NCBI GenBank assembly: GCA_029856105.1
Contig: JAHQWH010000155.1
Coordinates: 1-64,000, forward strand
Direction: 5' to 3'
Length of the DNA: 64,000 nt
Source: Promethearchaeia archaeon
GTDB taxonomy: Archaea; Asgardarchaeota; Lokiarchaeia; Sigyniarchaeales; SOKP01
In this document: positions 60,780 through 64,000 of the stretch, one piece after another
Numbering within the stretch: position 1 is the stretch's first letter
Layout of the letters: each line of letters starts with the position of its first letter
The notes under the pieces: model-generated
Seen by the model: the letters and a program-made list of their open reading frames with translations, nothing else
Databases searched by the model: none
What the model was told of the DNA's origin: nothing
Position numbers and translations under genes: made by a program

Positions 60780-61757
60780 TTAACTATTTTTTTTTATTTC
60801 TAAGGTTATTTTATCAAAAATTTTATGAATAGAGCTATAAATATTGAATTTACCGTCTTCCAAAGCGTTTTTTACAATATTAGTTACTTCGTTTTCGTCT
60901 ACAAAATTTTCCATGATAAGCTTTTCAACTTTAGAAAAAAGAAGTTCCTTAATTTTGTAAGAAAATCGATTTTTTTTCTTTTCGTTGATATTTCCTGAAA
61001 GTTCAACATGTTCTTTATGATCCCAAATACTTTGGAGAAGTTCGTCGATACCCTCGCCACTGATTGCATCAGTCAATACAACTGGGGGCCGATACCCGCT
61101 CTGAAATATCGTATCGTCAAGCATCATTTCAATTTGTACGGCTATGTCTTCTCCTCCTAAATCTTTTTTGTTAACATCGTAAATATCTCCTATTTCAATA
61201 ATCCCTGCTTTTTGCATTTGAATAACGTCTCCATAACCAGGAACTAAAATTACAACAACAGTATATACTAAATTGTACACATCGAATTCAGCTTGTCCGA
61301 CGCCAACAGTTTCAATAATGATTATATCCATGCCAAAAGCTTCGTATAGCATGCTAATATCAAAAACTGCTCTTGAAATTCCTCCTTGATACCCTCTCGA
61401 TGCAAGACTACGCATGAAAACGTTAGGGTGTAAGCAGATATTAGTCATTCTAACCCTATCCCCTAAAAAAGCACCTCCACTAAAAGGAGACGTTGGATCT
61501 ACAGAAATAATACCTACAGTTTTTCCTTCGTCTAACATTTTTTGAGCTATTGCCCCGGTTAAAGTGCTCTTTCCAACGCCAGGAGAACCTGTAAGTCCAA
61601 TAATATAAGAGTCGTGATTTATATTTTCAAAATGCTTGAAAATCTTAGAAGCCTTCTCAGGTTCGTTTTCAACAATTGTTATTAATCTAGCTAAAGCAAT
61701 TTTATCTTTCTTTTTAACTCTGTTAACTAAAGATTCTATAATGTCGTCATTCGTCAA
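60780..61757 (-). CDS. meaB: MeaB/ArgK G-protein chaperone of B12-dependent mutases
   Basis: TGSPGVGKST, VDPTSPFSGGAFLGDRVRM, ETVGVGQ, NKKD. Confidence 0.95.
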   Translation of the reverse strand: MTNDDIIESLVNRVKKKDKIALARLITIVENEPEKASKIFKHFENINHDSYIIGLTGSPGVGKSTLTGAIAQKMLDEGKTVGIISVDPTSPFSGGAFLGDRVRMTNICLHPNVFMRSLASRGYQGGISRAVFDISMLYEAFGMDIIIIETVGVGQAEFDVYNLVYTVVVILVPGYGDVIQMQKAGIIEIGDIYDVNKKDLGGEDIAVQIEMMLDDTIFQSGYRPPVVLTDAISGEGIDELLQSIWDHKEHVELSGNINEKKKNRFSYKIKELLFSKVEKLIMENFVDENEVTNIVKNALEDGKFNIYSSIHKIFDKITLEIKKNS

Positions 61758-61826
61758 TAAAATACATCCTCAGATAAATTTTTGATATGAAATATTAATT
61801 AGATAAAAAAATTAAACATGTTTATT

Positions 61827-62225
61827 TTATTTTTTGAGATGAGTTCTAATAAACTCAACAATGTCAGAAGTCATGCTTCCTGGGCCATAAATGTTAGCTA
61901 CACCCATCTCTTTTAATTTTGTAAAATCTTGAGCGGGAATAACTCCTCCTACTAAGACGAGAATGTCGTTGAGCACTCCTTTTTCCTTTAAAAGATCAAT
62001 TACTTGTTTTGTATATGCGAAATGAGCCCCACTGTGTATGGATAAACCAAGAACATCGACATCCTCTTGAATTGCTGCTTCTACGATCTGTTTTGCATTC
62101 TGAAAACCTCCAAAAATGAGTTCCATGCCAGCATCTCTTAAGGCTCTTGATACTACGATCCCGCCCCTCCAATGACCATCAATTCCTGGTTTAGACATTA
62201 ATACTCTAATCTTTTTCTCACTCAT
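61827..62225 (-). CDS. Acyl-CoA mutase small (cobalamin-binding) subunit
   Basis: KPGIDGHWRG (DxHxxG), LGLS, GGVIP; start taken at ATG 62225 to avoid overlap with the large subunit. Confidence 0.92.
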   Translation of the reverse strand: MSEKKIRVLMSKPGIDGHWRGGIVVSRALRDAGMELIFGGFQNAKQIVEAAIQEDVDVLGLSIHSGAHFAYTKQVIDLLKEKGVLNDILVLVGGVIPAQDFTKLKEMGVANIYGPGSMTSDIVEFIRTHLKK

Positions 62226-62239
62226 ATTTAACACCTTAA

Positions 62240-63925
62240 TTAAATTGCTAACGGAGGTTCCCAAATACCCCATATTTCTCTGTAAATATCACATATTTCA
62301 CCTATTGTTGCCCCTTCTTTTGTAGCTTCCATTATTATAGGCATCACATTTTCTTCTTTTTCGCAGACACTTCTTAGTTTGTCTAAAATCCTCTCTAACT
62401 TGGCGTTGTCTCTCCGTGCTTTTAACTTGTTAATCCGAGCAACTTCAATATCTATGGCTTTTTGCGATGTTCTAAAGACATCTGTGACTGTGTCGTATGG
62501 AACTTGATATTTATTGATACCTAACATGATTTCTTCCCCTTTTTCAATGCGTACCCTTCTCTTATGGAACGCGTCTCTCATTTCTTTGTAGAGCCAACCC
62601 GTAGATAAAGCTTTATCTATGGAACCAACCTTTTGAATTTTGTCCATATATTTCCATACTCTTTCTTCAACCTCATCAGTTAACCACTCCACATAATAAC
62701 TCCCTGCTAATGGATCTATTGTGTTAGTTATTCTAGTTTCATCTGCGATTACTTGTTGAGTTCTTAACGCAACTAATGCCGCTTCTTCTGAAGGCAGGCA
62801 TATAGCTTCGTCGTAGGAATTTGTATGGAGCGATTGACAGCCACCTATGTTAGCTTCTAAGCCTTGAATTGCTGTACGAACGATATTAATCAGAGGTAAT
62901 TGCGCCGTTAAAGAGCTTCCAGCGGTCTGGACATGAAAGCGGAAGCCAAAATTCTTTGGGTCTTTTGCTTCATATTTATCTTTCATCAATTTATACCATA
63001 TTCTTCTCGCTGCTCGATATTTAGCTATCTCTTCAAAAAAATCCTTGTGTGCAGCTAAATGAAAGGCTAATCTACCCACAAAATCATCAATCTTCCATCC
63101 CCGCTCAATTAAATTATCAATATGGGAACAAGCACTTGCAAATACGAACCCAAGCTCCTGAACGGCATCTATGCCCCCTTCGCGGTAATTATAACCCGTG
63201 AAATTAATTGGATGCCATTTAGGAACATTCTTTTGAGCTACTGTCCATTCAATAAAATCACATGCTATTCGTAATAAGTGGTTTGGTGGAGAGTTTTTAT
63301 AAGGGATATAGCCAACTGTCATCGTTAGAATATCATTTTGTGTCGTACCCATTAAATCTTTTATGTCATATCCGCGCATTTTTGCCATGTTAAAATACAT
63401 TGCACACACAGGAGCACAAGTAAAGGGTTCAACAACTAAAGCTACGCTAATTTTATCTATGGGTATGTCTTCTGTAAGCGCAAAAAGGCTGTCAATGCAG
63501 TAAAGCGGAACACCAGATGTACCAACCTCTGGTGCAGCATCGGAGTTTGTAGGGTCAATTCCGTTAAAAGTAAGCGCATCAACGGCAGCACTGAACCCTG
63601 TTTCACCATTCTCGTACAAATATTTCCATCGTAGATTAGTCTCTTCTGGAGTTCCATGGCCTGAGAATAACCTCATAGTCCATAATTTTCCGCGATACAT
63701 GGTAGGATAAACTCCTCTTGTATAAGGTTCTTGTCCAGGAAAGTTAATTTTATCTAAATAATCTCCTTTTACATCTAATGGAGTGTACAGCTTTTTTATT
63801 GGAATCTCAGAGTCGGTTACGAATTTGACATCGCGTTCTTTTGACTCTTTTATTTTTTCTTCCCATTTTTCTTTTTCTAATCTAATTTTTTCTAAATAAT
63901 CTTTATCAAACATATTTAAAATCAC
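62240..63925 (-). CDS. Acyl-CoA mutase large subunit (methylmalonyl-CoA mutase family)
   Basis: PGQEPYTRGVYPTMYRG, QNDIL, FFEEIAKYRAARR, QSLHTNSYDEA, DPLAGSYYVE. Confidence 0.93.
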   Translation of the reverse strand: MILNMFDKDYLEKIRLEKEKWEEKIKESKERDVKFVTDSEIPIKKLYTPLDVKGDYLDKINFPGQEPYTRGVYPTMYRGKLWTMRLFSGHGTPEETNLRWKYLYENGETGFSAAVDALTFNGIDPTNSDAAPEVGTSGVPLYCIDSLFALTEDIPIDKISVALVVEPFTCAPVCAMYFNMAKMRGYDIKDLMGTTQNDILTMTVGYIPYKNSPPNHLLRIACDFIEWTVAQKNVPKWHPINFTGYNYREGGIDAVQELGFVFASACSHIDNLIERGWKIDDFVGRLAFHLAAHKDFFEEIAKYRAARRIWYKLMKDKYEAKDPKNFGFRFHVQTAGSSLTAQLPLINIVRTAIQGLEANIGGCQSLHTNSYDEAICLPSEEAALVALRTQQVIADETRITNTIDPLAGSYYVEWLTDEVEERVWKYMDKIQKVGSIDKALSTGWLYKEMRDAFHKRRVRIEKGEEIMLGINKYQVPYDTVTDVFRTSQKAIDIEVARINKLKARRDNAKLERILDKLRSVCEKEENVMPIIMEATKEGATIGEICDIYREIWGIWEPPLAI

Positions 63926-64000
63926 GTTTTATTTAGCTATGTAATGTTAAACTTTCATTCAATTTAAAATTTGAAAAAAATCAGTAGAAGAAGCAATTTT

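Noticed and set aside
1587-63657. Numerous short antisense or nested ORFs in the ORF track (e.g. 8595-9053, 28301-28585, 31979-32200, 53454-53819)
   Set aside because: They overlap well-supported genes and show no motifs; treated as shadow frames
1-64000. rRNA, tRNA, CRISPR arrays, transposases, SECIS/selenoprotein signals
   Set aside because: None recognised by eye: no GC-rich cloverleaf, no regularly spaced repeats, no in-frame TGA interrupting a conserved gene

Overview
AT-rich archaeal chromosomal window. The gene content (Alba, histone, herA-nurA-mre11-rad50, Sec11, Taw2/Trm11-like tRNA enzymes, many lipid/CoA-metabolism genes, orphan 7TM and Zn-ribbon proteins) is most consistent with an Asgard (Lokiarchaeia-like) archaeon; this assignment is inference. 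It holds about 60 protein-coding genes, and I found no rRNA, tRNA, CRISPR array or transposase. The main finding is in the cob(I)alamin adenosyltransferase gene (cobO/btuR, minus strand, 49469-50037). It is interrupted inside its P-loop by a 29-nt, stop-containing, frame-shifting insert that folds into a relaxed bulge-helix-bulge. Cutting at the canonical tRNA-splicing-endonuclease positions regenerates the exact GRGKGKTT motif, so this is a candidate BHB mRNA intron. Other points of interest: an acyl-CoA mutase with non-canonical specificity residues; an uncharacterised glycyl-radical enzyme (GCVD/KVGG motifs); a ~630-bp tandem duplication whose small membrane protein diverged faster than its flanks; probable ATT/ATA start codons; a GIFT-like+RHH+SAP protein; a cytoplasmic Ig-fold array protein; and an Alba with KK->RR next to a short face-to-face-type histone.
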